NCBI RefSeq assembly: GCF_006345805.1
Contig: NW_021835091.1
Coordinates: forward strand, 1 to 52,929
Direction of reading: 5' to 3'
DNA from: Octopus sinensis
Lineage: Eukaryota
Length of the DNA stretch: 52,929 nucleotides
The position numbers were made by a program, and so were the translations under genes. The notes beneath the pieces are model-generated. The model searched no databases. It was given only the letters and a program-made list of their open reading frames with translations, and was not told the DNA's origin. Each line of letters begins with the position of its first letter. Position 1 is the first letter of the stretch. Shown here piece by piece: positions 23,804 through 36,592 of the stretch.

Positions 23804-24357
23804 TATACATATAATACATATAATACAAACGCATGCATACATACATATAATACATACAAGCATGCAAACCGTTAACGTTTATATTATGTCGCCTGGCAAA
23901 ATGGTGAAAGCACCAAACAAAATACAAGTAAACTTCAACTTACGTCGGTTACTAGTTCTAATACATACGACTAAACTCGAAAAACGACGTAACACGATAG
24001 GAAAAAACATTTAAAAACTTTATTAGCTTGTAACAAGGTTTTCTTATGTGCCGGAACATAATTTATTTTGCTACATTAATAGGGAAGGTGTTCATGTTAT
24101 ACAGTTAATGAAAACAGTAAGATGGACTGTCGTAATATGACATGCCAGATGTCTGTTAGAAACTCAACACTTGGAGCAGTGATTTCGATGTCGGATTATA
24201 TTCAGAATGAAATACAAATTAAGTTAAAACCATTAGGTTTTAACTTAATTTGTATTAAGTTCTTCTTCTACATTAGTAGAGAATACCGCAGACAAAAATG
24301 AATATAATTGAATGAAAATTTTTAATCAATTGAATTTCCCGTTTAGTTTGAAGATAG

Positions 24358-24600
24358 GAGAATGTATGGCTTAGTGATTAGGGCTGCTGAACTCCTAATC
24401 GTAAGATTGTGATTTTGATTCCCCGACCGGGGGATCTGTTGTGTTATAGAGCAAAGCATTTCATTTCACGTGGCTCCAGACAGAGATGAATAATCCTACG
24501 ACAGACCAGCGTCCCATTCAGAAGGAGATATATACGCCACAGAAACCGGGACACCAGCTTTTATAAGTCTGTATGACTCGGGAAGGAACTATTTTTTTTT
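24358..24600 (+). mobile_element. tRNA-derived SINE with V-domain-like centre
   Basis: Head TGGCTTAGTGATTAGGG..; centre gacagaccagcgtcccattcag..gccacagaaaccggg resembles V-SINE domains as recalled; T-rich end. Confidence 0.5.
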
Positions 24601-24653
24601 TAAGAAAGAACACCAAAACCTAGCGGCAAATGATAAGTGACTGTGAAAGAAAG

Positions 24654-24772
24654 GGATGGCTGTGTGGTTAGAAGCTTGCTTCTCAACCATGTGGTCTTGG
24701 GTTCAGTCCCACTGTAAGACCAAAGTTTTGAAAGTATATTTGGTAGACGGAAACTGAAAAAAGCCGTCGTAT
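24654..24772 (+). mobile_element. SINE family C 5' half with internal deletion
   Basis: tggctgtgtggttagaagcttgc..ggttcagtcccactg..ttggtagacggaaactgaaa. Confidence 0.75.
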
Positions 24773-24877
24773 GTGTGTATATATACATATATATATAAAT
24801 ACATACATGCATGTCTGCATGCATGCATACATGCATACATACAGGCATGCATGTATTCATCCATCCATACATACATA

Positions 24878-25999
24878 TGTTGCGTGGTGATATCCTCATT
24901 GTCCGAGAGATATATCAGAAATGATCTCGTGTTAGATAGCAACCATCTTCGGTAATTTGGACCCTGTTGTGTCCACTGCTCTGATTGGTTGGCATTGGCG
25001 CAGTTTGTCTCTTGACTTATTTCGCGCCAATGTGTAAACCAACCAATCACAACCTTCCAACAAGATCATGTGAGACAGCTTGTTCACAATCCAATTTGAG
25101 CCAACTAAACCCTTTAAAAAGGCTAGATCGACAGGCTATTATTTGTCTTAGGTTCTAGTCCTTCTCAGGACTAACCTCTGACTACAGAGCGACTCAGCCA
25201 TGTTCCAACTACGACCAGACCAGCCATGTTCCAGCAACGACCAGACCAGCCATGTTCCAGCAACGACCAAACCAGCCATGTTCCAGCAACGACCAGACCA
25301 GCCATGTTCCTGCTCCAGTCAACGACGACGCTAACATACACCAGCAACGCAGGACGTTCTCCACCGTCGACTTCAACGATACGTACATAGCAACTCGCTC
25401 AGGTTTAAACTCCACGCTGTTGTGAATATTCACCAAGGTGAACAGCTCAGTCAGCCTGCGAGATTCCTGTATCAAGTAACCCGGCACAGCATAATAACCA
25501 CAACTTCTGCACGTGTAGTAACCGGTACTGCCTCGTGACCTCAACTTCTTGTTCAGGATTTCAACTATTGAGTAACCTTACTACGAACTGGTAAATTAAC
25601 TCATCTTGTCTGAAATATCCTGAGAGACTCATTCTATGCTCTGAATTGTATTCTGTCTCACATGCATACACCTTATTTGTACTTCTGTCGCACACACGAA
25701 CACACAGACACAAACACTTGTTGCACGCACCGTTGTTATACTTACAACGGACACACAGACACACTTGTCGCATGGACATAGACACTCCACTTTGCTAGCA
25801 CCCGTACACGCTCTTATTGTACACATCTGTAAAGTCTTTCTTCTCTCAGACAGCAGAACGGTTGTCGTCCTCATCATTCATTTTGGCACTTATTCTTTAT
25901 ACCATGTATTTGGCTTCTTCTTTTGTGGGACGACCGTGCGACGTTTAAAAGGAGACATTTCTGTCACCAACTCCTTTACGTACGGTCGTTTTTACTACA
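24878..25999. mobile_element. Candidate solo LTR (~1.1 kb)
   Basis: Begins TGT, ends ACA, flanked by CATA on both sides. The TSD is weak evidence because it sits in a (CATA)n tract. Confidence 0.4.
25195..25310. repeat. 26-bp tandem repeat, ~4.5 units (CAGCCATGTTCCAGCAACGACCAGAC)
   Basis: Unit starts at 25195, 25221, 25247, 25273 and 25299. Confidence 0.95.
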
Positions 26000-26843
26000 C
26001 ATACATACATACATACATACATACATACATACATACATACATACATACATACATACATACACATTTATCTACAGTTCAGTGATGGAATACAGATGCAATC
26101 CATCACTGGAACTGAAAAAATTTGTAAAATTTTCCAGATGTTTAACATTTAAATATATATGCACATGTTTAGACAACTATAAGCATGAGAATACATATAT
26201 AAAACAAAACATACAAATCTGCGCATGCACTGATCCCAAATACTGCATATATAAACACATACATGTACAAATGCCTTGCGATGGCAAATGAAACGAAGAG
26301 AAATGAAGACAACAATGGCGACGGCTGCGAAAAACAAGGACGGCGACGATGACGACGATAATAATGATGATAATTAGGGAGGAGGAGAAGCAGGAGGAGG
26401 ACGACGACGACGACGACGACGATGATGACGATGACAGTAGTGGTGGTGGCAATGGTGGTAGCGGCGGCAGCGACGGCGGTGGTAGCGGCGGCAGAGATTG
26501 TAACGACGGTAGCGGCTGCAGTAATGGCGCTAGTAACGAAAACGAAGAGAAATATGAAAAGGGAGGAGCGGGAGGCGAAGGAGGATTGTACAACAATAAG
26601 AAAAAATACAAAAAAAACACAAAAACACAAAAATGAAGATAAAAAGATGAAGTGTAGTAATAAAGGTGTTTATCAAATTTTAGATATTGCATGACATTCA
26701 AATAACGTGAAAGAGAAGAGAAAGGGAAGTGGCTATGATGGTAACATCTGATAGAAGTTGAATAATGCGGGCAGAAGAGCATTAAGAGAAATTGTGCCTG
26801 TGTGTGTGTGTGATTTGTCTGGGAGTGTGTTTATGTATATGCT

Positions 26844-26906
<63 letters not shown>

Positions 26907-26929
26907 GTATGTATGTACATATATTTAAT

Positions 26930-27163
26930 CTTTTTCTTGTTTCAGTAAGTAGACGACGGTCATGATGGCACACCTTATTCTATTGTCCTCTTTTTGCTAA
27001 ATCACTAACGTACGGGGATCACAAGGGGTTTCGTTCAGTTTCCCTCTACCAATCCATTCACAAGGTTTTAGTTGACCTGGGACTATAATAGAAGACAGTG
27101 GGACTGAACCAGGAACCATGTCGTAGGGAAACAAGCTTCTTACTATACAGCCACTCCTGCGCC
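26930..27163 (-). mobile_element. SINE family C, degenerate and internally deleted
   Basis: Ends cagccactcctgcgcc; contains gtgggactgaacc.ggaaccatg. Confidence 0.7.
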
Positions 27164-27227
27164 TATATATATGTAAGTATATGTATACATTTGTGTGTGT
27201 GTGTGTGTGTATGTGTGTGTGTGTGTG

Positions 27228-27266
<39 letters not shown>

Positions 27267-27271
27267 TGTGT

Positions 27272-27378
27272 GAAGGCCCGTAACCTAGTGATTAGGGTAT
27301 TGCACTCACGATTGCTAGATCGTGGGTTCGATTCCCAGACCCAGGTGGCGCGTTGTTGTCCTGAACAAAACACTTCAC
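27272..27378 (+). mobile_element. SINE family B tRNA-like head
   Basis: gaaggcccgtaacctagtgattagggtattgcactcacgatt..ggttcgattccc (B box). Confidence 0.65.
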
Positions 27379-27536
27379 GCTTTTCGTTATTTTCCATTTT
27401 CAAACACTCGTGTTATGAGATAATCCATGTAGCATGAAGACCTCATTCCAGTTAATCATAATATATTCTCACTAGGTTTAGCATCTGAGCTGCACTCTTT
27501 TCACAAATGAACTCCGCATTACAACCTAAAATCGTG

Positions 27537-27750
27537 GGATCTTTTCACTTTGACCGGCAGATTTTTTTAATAATTTCTTTGTAACTAAACACTTTTAAAC
27601 TTCGTATACTGGTAGTGTGTTACATAAAACATATTTTTCTCTTGGCTTTCTTGAGAAAATTCTGTAGTTTGTAAGCTATTTGTTGTTTAATTTCTTGCAT
27701 TTCGGCAATTTCAACCAATCAATGACGTCTATTGAGGTGAATACAATATC
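27537..27750 (+). mobile_element. Truncated copy of the GGATC-TIR MITE (B-like subfamily)
   Basis: ggatcttttcactttgaccggcag...taactaaacacttttaaacttcgtatactggtag...ggctttcttgagaaaatt; shares diagnostic bases with 35100-35332 (reverse complement). Confidence 0.75.
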
Positions 27751-28464
27751 TGCTGTATTTTGTCAACACCATTTTCTGGCGGTGTCATATGATTTTCAGG
27801 GAATTAATCGAGGTAACTATGCATGAAATAGAGTTTAACGTTCGAGTTACACCCAAGATCATGGAAAGCCGAAAATATATTATTTACAAGAATTTCATAG
27901 TCATCTGCTTTTCTGTCTCCGAGAAAATTTTTTATGACTGCTACGAATGTCAGCCAGCTGCACAAATCTGGGGCCCGTGAAACACGCCTGCTTTGGTCTT
28001 CTCGAATGACAAACTAGGAAATGCAGAGGCTATGTGTTGAAAACATTCACTATCAGTATTCAATGTCGTAGTGAATTGCTTTATCAAACCCAGCTTTATA
28101 CGGAGTGGTGGGAAAATATTCTTTTCTCGGCTGACAATTGGATCATTCCCAATATTTGGCATGCGACTTCCAGAGTCTCACTTCTGAGTCCAAATTATTT
28201 CTCGAGCTCGGATCTCCCAAATGCGGAGATAGCAAGGATACTTTGTGAAACCTTTCTGTTGTCCGAGGAAGAAACTGACCATTTTCAAATATACATAAAT
28301 GGTCCGGTTTTTACTTGGTCAATAACCATTTTTATGCCATTGTATGCTTCTTGCAAACGCACTGAGTAAACCAACAAGGGCAGCTCCATAAACATTGCAA
28401 TTGTGTAGGAGAATACACTTTAGCCTGCGCTTAAAACTATTTAGTTGAACTGTACGCGGAGATT

Positions 28465-28753
28465 CCTAATTCCTGGATAAGACCGGAAATGTCGTGGCAG
28501 TAAACAAAGTGTTTCCCTTCTGAAAAATATGACACAAAAATGCCGGCATTTTTGTCGGAGCACTGCATCTTTCAAAACTTCCATACTTCCTGAGATTCGC
28601 CAACACTACACCTGATTTTCTCCCCTCCATACACACGCAAGCATGTATCTGACTCATACACTGTTCACTTCACAGATATTTGTACATTACTGCATATGCT
28701 TTATACGCACTTTTGACAAGTTGTGGTGCACCTGAGCACTATATACAATAATT

Positions 28754-28841
<88 letters not shown>

Positions 28842-28865
28842 GTTATTATCATTATTATTATTATT
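28465..28865 (+). mobile_element. CR1-type LINE 3' end with (ATT)n tail, inserted into the Chapaev element
   Basis: Interrupts the transposase; terminal peptide ASFKTSILPEIRQHYT*, a short UTR, then (TAT)n at 28757-28865. Confidence 0.5.
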
Positions 28866-29706
28866 AAAATCTGGTCTCGTTTTCAAAATTAAGAAACTTT
28901 TGTAGTTTTGTCAAGTAAATGTTTTTCTTGCAGCAGAATCCCAAATCACATTAATCATTCAGTCCTATTTGGCTAAACTGTTGAGGAATTGATTTTTCGG
29001 TACCACAAGAGAAGTCTTGGAATTCTGATGTAACTTCTTGATCTTCGTTACCATCCTTGATCTCTTGTTCGCTAACTTCGCCTTCTGAAGAGGTAAACCC
29101 AAGGAAAACTAGAATCTGGAGTGTCTCAGAGTGCATAATAGGTCTAATTATTGAAGGAATATTGGGATAGAATATTTCACGCTTATTTTTCTTGCCGATG
29201 CCTTTTGTGATGACCACACATAAAGGTCACTTGTTTGATCCTTGGGCTCTTGCCAAAGCATAGAAACTCTAAACGGCCGGCTCTTTCATTTTGTTTTGTC
29301 CAGTCACAAAGCATTTCCTCACAGTTACGACACACAACACGAGAGGTCAATTTTTTTTATCTTGGTCGCCTGGGGGAATTTCAAAATAGGCTTTATAAGC
29401 CCGTCTCACAAATAATGTGATATTGCACCTTTGACGAATAAGTGTGAAGGAGCCACAGACATAGCAGAAGCCATCAGGATTAGTCACACATCTATGTCTA
29501 CTTGAAGATGCCATAATCAAATCTGAAAAAAAAAACAGTTCTCACTTCCTTGTAACTAGGATATATGTAACTCAATATGTCAACTTTTACATGATACCCA
29601 CATGTGCAAATCACCGCGCAGTTGCTTAAATAGATACATTAAAGACCCTACTATTAAAAGTACCTGTGCCATCTTGATATCTATGTTAGTTACTTGAGTC
29701 CTTTTA

Positions 29707-30138
<432 letters not shown>

Positions 30139-31185
30139 ATAAGAAGTTAATATTGAAATTGCAAGAAAACTGGAGCATAGAGAGCAAAACCGATTACAGA
30201 TTTGCATTTAGCACAAAAAAAGACAGAATCAGTAAAAAAAAAAAATAATAATAATCTCATGTAACAGAAAAGTTTTCTTTAATTGTTCTCCAGTGTTATC
30301 TTTGCAATAAGTAGACTAAAACATTTTTTTTTCGGAGTGTTTAAAAGCTAACAAAACAAAAAGTTCAATTGAACGAAATGCTGATAGAAGTGGATTCAAA
30401 CTTGAAAACCAGCAGATAAAAGCAACGAACGTTTAATTCTATATTTTGTTTTTCACGGGTATTTATTTATTTATTTATTTATGTGTCAATTGAAGATTCT
30501 CCTTCTAAAATGATTCAAGTCACACTGACATCAAAATGGCACAGGTACTTTTGATAGTAGGGTCTTTAATGTATCTAAGCGGTGATTTGCACGCGTGGAT
30601 ATCACGTAAACTTCCTCCAGGTGTACAACACGATCAGTAAAGTTAACGAAAGTGTCAGTGCAGATCAGTTTGACCCAAACTGGTCTGAAGGGGGAAATCA
30701 GAAATCAGAATAGCTGATGGTGGACAAGCAATGATGGTGGTCATTTGTGGCAGTTGGCTGATGATGTTGGTTTGACGTGTGTGACAGGATGGCACCGGCT
30801 CACTTACGATCCAGCACACACGTGCTACGAAGTGTGGTAAAATTTAAGTACACGCTTAATTAGACACCAGGGTAATTGTTATTAACCTCTCCTCCTCAAC
30901 ACACACACTCTTTTATACTTTGGTGTACATTTATGTCTTTTTCTTTCCTTCCTCATAATAGTTTTCCTTATCCTTCTGTATTTTCTACTCTCTTTCTCTG
31001 TTTTTCTTTTACTCATTTACGAAACATGCGTCAGGCAGTGTGTGTGTGTGTGTGTGTGTCTGTGTGTGCGCGCGCGCGACGTGCACTTTTTTTTCTGAGA
31101 GTTTGAGATGGAATATTTTCTGTCGACGATGAGCAATTAGTCGTTCAACGAATTGAATTCTTAGTCGTGAATTTAACTTGTAGAT

Positions 31186-31571
31186 ACTCTTTTTTCTCTT
31201 TTACTCTTTTACTTGTTTCAGTCATTTGACTGCGGCCATGCTGGAGCACCGCCTTTAATCGAGCAACTCAACCCCGGGACTTATTATTTTGTAAGCCCAG
31301 TACTTATTCTATCGGTCTCTTTTGCCGAACCGCTAAGTTACGGGAACATAAACACACCAGCATCGGTTGTCAAGCAATGCTAGGGGGACAAACACATACA
31401 CATATATACGACAGGCTTCTTTCAGATTCCGTCTACCAAATCCACTCACAAGGCATTGGTCGGCCCGGGGCTATAGCAGAAGACACTTGCCCAAGATGCC
31501 ACGCAGTGGGACTGAACCCGGAACCATGTGGTTGGTTAGCAAGCTACTTACCACACAGCCACTCCTGCGCC
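31186..31571 (-). mobile_element. Full-length SINE family C
   Basis: Complete head, body and (TAAAAGAG)n-like tail; best-preserved copy in the window. Confidence 0.92.
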
Positions 31572-31676
31572 TATAGTATAATATCCATAACAAAGTTCAG
31601 AAGCCGAATCTGCGCGACACCAACTAGACATAGCTGGACCTTTCAATTACAAGTCAAATCCAGGCAGAAAAACTTT

Positions 31677-31727
<51 letters not shown>

Positions 31728-31751
31728 CATCCTCGGGACCTGGCAGCTACT

Positions 31752-31879
31752 TTATTTATCGCCCCTGGATAAAACTCAAAGCTAACTTCGGCGGGATTAG
31801 AACTCGGGGTGCAGAGAGGTGGAACGAATACCGCAAGACGTTCTATCCGACATTCTAACGATTCTGGCAATTAGCCACC
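31752..31879 (-). mobile_element. SINE family A-like head, degenerate
   Basis: cttcggcgggattagaactc...ctaacgattctggc resembles the family A head. Confidence 0.55.
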
Positions 31880-31899
31880 TGTATGTATATGTAGATAGA

Positions 31900-31904
31900 T
31901 AAGT

Positions 31905-31971
<67 letters not shown>

Positions 31972-31986
31972 TATATATAATATATA

Positions 31987-32047
<61 letters not shown>

Positions 32048-32053
32048 ATATAT

Positions 32054-32125
<72 letters not shown>

Positions 32126-32151
32126 ATATATTATATATATATATATATATA
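31900..32151. repeat. (TA)n microsatellite
   Basis: Directly visible. Confidence 0.95.
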
Positions 32152-33541
32152 TTTGTCCCCCTTCTCTCTCTCTCTCTCTCCTTTGCTTCTCTTTCTTTTC
32201 TTTTCCTCTTCTCTGTCACGTGACTGTTGGCCGAAATCTGCCTTTCAGCTCCTGACCCTCGTCGTGTTAACATCGTTGTTTTCGTCCGCCGCTATAAAGG
32301 CTTTTTCCAATGCGCCAGAGAAAAAATTTGTTTGCTTGTTATCAGTCGTAAGACACTTGTTGTTTTCACCGTTAATGCTTCTGTATTTCATGTTTCTGTA
32401 TTCCATTATTGTTTTTTGTTTTTTTTTATATCTGTCCCTTTTGCTGTCCTGGTGTTCGTATGCATTCGATCCTTCTTCCAGGAAATCTACGCTTCCAGCT
32501 TAGTTTTTCTAATGCTCGTTGCTTAGTTTTTCTTGGAGGGCTGGCCGTGATCTAGTAATCTCAAGATTAATCAGCCGAAATTACTACGATGATCCGGTTC
32601 TTGACTGAAGACTGAGGGGTTCGAATGTCCTGTCCATGTTTATTGTATCGTCTTCTAAGAGTTATACGTTCTTGTCCATGTTGTATTTTTCTACATACCT
32701 TAACATATATTCCAGGCGCCCCGTACCCCCCTTATCATTAATGTGAACACATATTCTTAATAATTGGTACGACTCTCTGTTTGTCTCTCTCTCTCTCTCA
32801 TTTTTACTTGATCTGTCCCCCTCTCTCTCTCTTTTCTCTCTACTCATCTTCTCTTTCCTCTGATCCTTTGGTCTAGTCTTCCACTACCCTCCTATTTCTT
32901 TGTCTCGCTCTGCACTCACAGGTCATTCTTCGACACCCATCCCTTCTCCTCTCTGATTCCTTCTTTCTCTCTCTCTCTCTCTTTGTTGCGTTTTGTCCCC
33001 CTTCTCTCTCTCTCTTCCTTTGCTTCTCTTTCTTTTCTTTTCCCTCTTCTCTGTCACGTGACTGTTGGCCGAAATCTGCCTTTCAGCTCCTGACCCTCGT
33101 CGTGTTAACATCGTTGTTTTCGTCCGCCGCTATAAAGGCTTTTTCCAATGCGCCAGAGAAAAAATTTGTTTGCTTGTTATCAGTCGTAAGACACTTGTTG
33201 TTTTCACCGTTAATGCTTCTGTATTTCATGTTTCTGTATTCCATTATTGTTTTTTGTTTTTTTTTATATCTGTCCCTTTTGCTGTCCTGGTGTTCGTATG
33301 CATTCGATCCTTCTTCCAGGAAATCTACGCTTCCAGCTTAGTTTTTCTAATGCTCGTTGCTTAGTTTTTCTTGGAGGGCTGGCCGTGATCTAGTAATCTC
33401 AAGATTAATCAGCCGAAATTACTACGATGATCCGGTTCTTGACTGAAGACTGAGGGGTTCGAATGTCCTGTCCATGTTTATTGTATCGTCTTCTAAGAGT
33501 TATACGTTCTTGTCCATGTTGTATTTTTCTACATACCTTAA
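32152..33541. repeat. Direct repeat: ~550-bp unit A, ~290-bp spacer, unit A, bounded by (TA)n
   Basis: 32206-32703 and 33044-33541 show no visible differences (offset 838); ORFs 32227-32526 and 33065-33364 translate identically. Confidence 0.92.
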
Positions 33542-33972
33542 TATATATATATATATATATATATATACAACTTATAAACAAGGGCAAAAGAAAAAATTCT
33601 AACGCCAAATATGCCGAAATATAGACTTATTCGTCAATAACCATATAATTTATCACTATAAGGACGTGTCTCGAAAGCAAGCCGATAGAAATTTGTAAAA
33701 AAATTTCGTTATTACCAGATCAGTTCCAATTTCTGAGTTAATTCATTTAGAATTTTCTCGTCATCAGCGATAAATACGATAAGGAAATAAATGAGATACT
33801 TACTTGCACCCATGGAAGAAGTAAACACTAAGTCATGTGTACATTAAGTACCCCAAATATATCCAAAATAGAAATTCAACAGCATACAAACGAGACACGT
33901 GTGATCGGACTGAAAATTCTTATAGAGTGAGAGAGTCCGGAAGTGAATAGTATTAAATTTATATCTTTTATA

Positions 33973-34003
<31 letters not shown>

Positions 34004-34187
34004 CCTGTGTCTGTGCGTTTAATAGTTGAAAAAACATCTAGAAATTAGAATAAGTTGACTGTTAAAATACTCTTCATCTATTATAATTATCTCGTTTTGA
34101 AGAAAATTGCTAAATCACTCCAGTACATGACTGGGGCTTTATTTTATTCACCCTGGTTAGATGAAAGAGTGAAGTTGATCTATTTAA

Positions 34188-34409
34188 CCTTTTTAATACC
34201 AAACTTCCAGAAACTGCCCTGGTTCTTATGGTTCAAACCTGCTGTTTTAAAGTGATCTAATTTATAACCTCCTATCAAAATTTCATGTCAAATTAAGTTC
34301 CAAAGACCAGCTTAATATTGACAAGGTTATATGATTTAATTCTTTATTATTTTCGAAATTAATTAAAGCAAAAGTAGTGTAGTATGAAAGAAATATAGTA
34401 ATGAAAGGA
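34188..34409. mobile_element. piggyBac-like MITE (~220 bp)
   Basis: TTAA|CCTTTT ... AAAGGA|TTAA (TTAA at 34184-34187 and 34410-34413). Confidence 0.6.
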
Positions 34410-34415
34410 TTAATG

Positions 34416-34848
34416 GGATCTTTTCGGTTTGAGCGGCAGTTTTTAACATAATTTCTAGGTAGCTAAAAAATTTTAAACTTCGTATACTGGTAGAATGTAT
34501 TTATAAAACATATTTTTCTCTTGGCTTTATTGAGAAAATTCTATAGTTTATAAGACATTTGTTGTTTTTCTCTTTAATTTCTTCAATTTCAACCAATCAC
34601 TGACGTCTATTGAGGTAAAAAACATTCTGTGCCGTATGAATATGTCCCTCGTTTAAGAAACAGATTGGGTTTATTTACATTTGTGAAGAAAAAAAGATAC
34701 CCTTCCCCCACCCCTAACCCTAACTAGCCCTTACTAACCCTAACCCTAAAACAGATTGAAAGGCAATAGATCGATACTAAGGTCATAATTATGGGTGACA
34801 ATTTCATATGACAGCTAGAAAAAACTGCCGTTCAAACCGAAAAGATCC
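34416..34848 (+). mobile_element. MITE family A (433 bp)
   Basis: Same TIRs as 1554-1986; TSD GATTAATG at 34408-34415, right copy split by MITE B and re-formed at 35337-35344; (CCCTAA)-like tract at 34712-34749. Confidence 0.92.
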
Positions 34849-34852
34849 GATT

Positions 34853-35332
34853 GGATCTTTTCCTTCTGAACGGCAGTTTTCAACACAATTTCGTTTTAGC
34901 CTTTCGTTTTTTTTTTTTTTTTCTTTTCTTAAGCAATGGAAAATAGATTAAACAATACACGTGTATCTCAAAACAAAAACTCAAAACAAAAACAAAACGA
35001 ATAATTTTAGACACACGCGTAACAATTAAATTAATTTAACAATTAAGAAAAAAAAACGAAAGGCTAAAATTAGGGTTAGGGTTAGGGTTAGGGTCAGTGA
35101 CAGGATGTTGTCTCAGTTTTAGACGCAGCAAATGATTTTAGCTAAATAGAGGCCATCGATTGGTTAAAATTCGAAAAATTAAACTACGTTAAACTAACAA
35201 ATTACAATTTTCTCAAGAAAGCCAAGAGAAAAAAATGTTTTATTTTGACACATTCTACCAGTATACGAAGTTTAAAAGTGTTTAGTTAACTAGAAATTGT
35301 GTTGAAAACTGCCGTTCAAAAGGAAAAGATCC
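34853..35332 (-). mobile_element. MITE subfamily B (480 bp)
   Basis: ~40-bp TIRs GGATCTTTTCCTT(C/T)TGAACGGCAGTTTTCAACACAATTTC; perfect 8-bp TSD ATCCGATT (34845-34852, 35333-35340); (TTAGGG)4 at 35070-35093. Confidence 0.92.
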
Positions 35333-35677
35333 ATCCGATTAATGCATTAGACATTGAGAAATTAATTATAAATATCTTGTCTTTCATTGATTATTTGTAT
35401 CAAATTAATTATGTACGAAATTCCGAAACCTGAAAACCTTTAAAATATGAAACTTGTTTAAGTTAGAGAAATATTTTTTTAATAGATAAAGGTAGTTGTT
35501 GTACGTAAACATTAAATGAAAGTATTAGTGAAAAAAGGAAATGTTCACAGAGTGGAATTCTTACATTAAAATTATCTTCACGTTAATTATATTAAATCGT
35601 AAATGAATTGCAGATGAATAACGTGTTTAGAGTTGATTCCATTCTTAGACTGTTCCATTTATAGTTGCAAATAGAAA

Positions 35678-35787
35678 GGCGCAGGGTAGGTGTGTAGCAA
35701 GAAGTTTGCTTCCCAAACACATGATTCCGGGTTCGATTCCACAGCGTGGTACCTTGGGCTGTCGTGTAATATGTATATATGTATGCG

Positions 35788-35818
<31 letters not shown>

Positions 35819-36003
35819 TGTGTGTGCCCCACAACCGCTTGACAATCGGTTTGTTTCTTCATGGTTCCATAAATTAGCGGGGATAAAATAAATACCAGTT
35901 GCTTTTACAAAGTACTGCAAGTCGATTAGTTCGACTAAACCCTCAAAGTCAGTGCCCTAGCATGGCCTCAGTCCAATGACTGAAACAAGTGAAAGATAAA
36001 AGA
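35678..36003 (+). mobile_element. SINE family C, diverged
   Basis: ggcgcagg..gggttcgattcc..gcttgacaa..gcatggcc.cagtccaatgactgaaacaagt.aaagataaaaga. Confidence 0.8.
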
Positions 36004-36280
36004 TTCAATTATTCCGAAATCCAAAAGACATCTGTTCCCTAACTTTTCGTATAAATGAAGGATTATCAAGTGTACGAGAGTACATTACAGGTTGAAATAT
36101 GAATAAATAAATAAATATGTGGAGTCGTAGTGATGTACATATTTAGTCCTCCCATGCTATTAGGGAAGCAGAATAACTATCCACATGGATTCCGCCAAAT
36201 TCCACTCTCGATGATTTGGTACTTGAGTCTAGGGCACGAGATACTCGGCCAGGAGGATTATACTGGAACTACATAACTGA

Positions 36281-36592
36281 CACTCCGTCCGTTCTGACGA
36301 CGAGTGTCCCAGTTGGTCCGATCAACGGAACAACCTGCTTGTGAAATGAACGTGCAAGTGGCTGAGCATTTCACAGACACACCTACCATTAATGTAGTTC
36401 TCGGAGATATTCACTGTGACACAGAATATGCTAAGGCTGGCTCTTTGAATTGCAACTGCGACTCATTTTTGCCAGCTTAATGGACTGGAGCAACTTGAAA
36501 TAAAGCGCTTCCTCAAGGACACAACGCGCTGCCGGGAATCGAACTCACGACCTTACGATCGTGAGCTGAATACCCCTGAAGCTACGCACGTC
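36281..36592 (-). mobile_element. Full-length SINE family B (tRNA head, CORE-like segment, conserved central domain)
   Basis: Minus: ..ggtattcagctcacgatcgtaaggtcgtgagttcgattcccggcagcgcgttgtgtccttgagg.. followed by a domain recalled as Nin/Deu-like (assignment uncertain). Confidence 0.8.

Noticed and set aside
26345-26600. Acidic/Gly-rich ORF (EEDDDD..SSGGG)
   Set aside because: Trinucleotide low-complexity sequence with no domain or splice support.
29083-29115. CTGAAGA...GAAA hammerhead-like spacing
   Set aside because: Lies antisense within the Chapaev ORF, with no stem I or III.
33385-33460. Hammerhead in the duplicated unit (CTCAAGA..CCGAAATTACTA; CTGAAGA..TTCGAAT)
   Set aside because: The first has no stem I and a non-pairing stem II; the second lacks GAAA and stem II.
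33798-33950. Minus-strand donor GTAAGT (33803-33798) with upstream CTTCCGG and CACGTG motifs
   Set aside because: All three frames have stops, and short motifs alone do not support a first exon or promoter.
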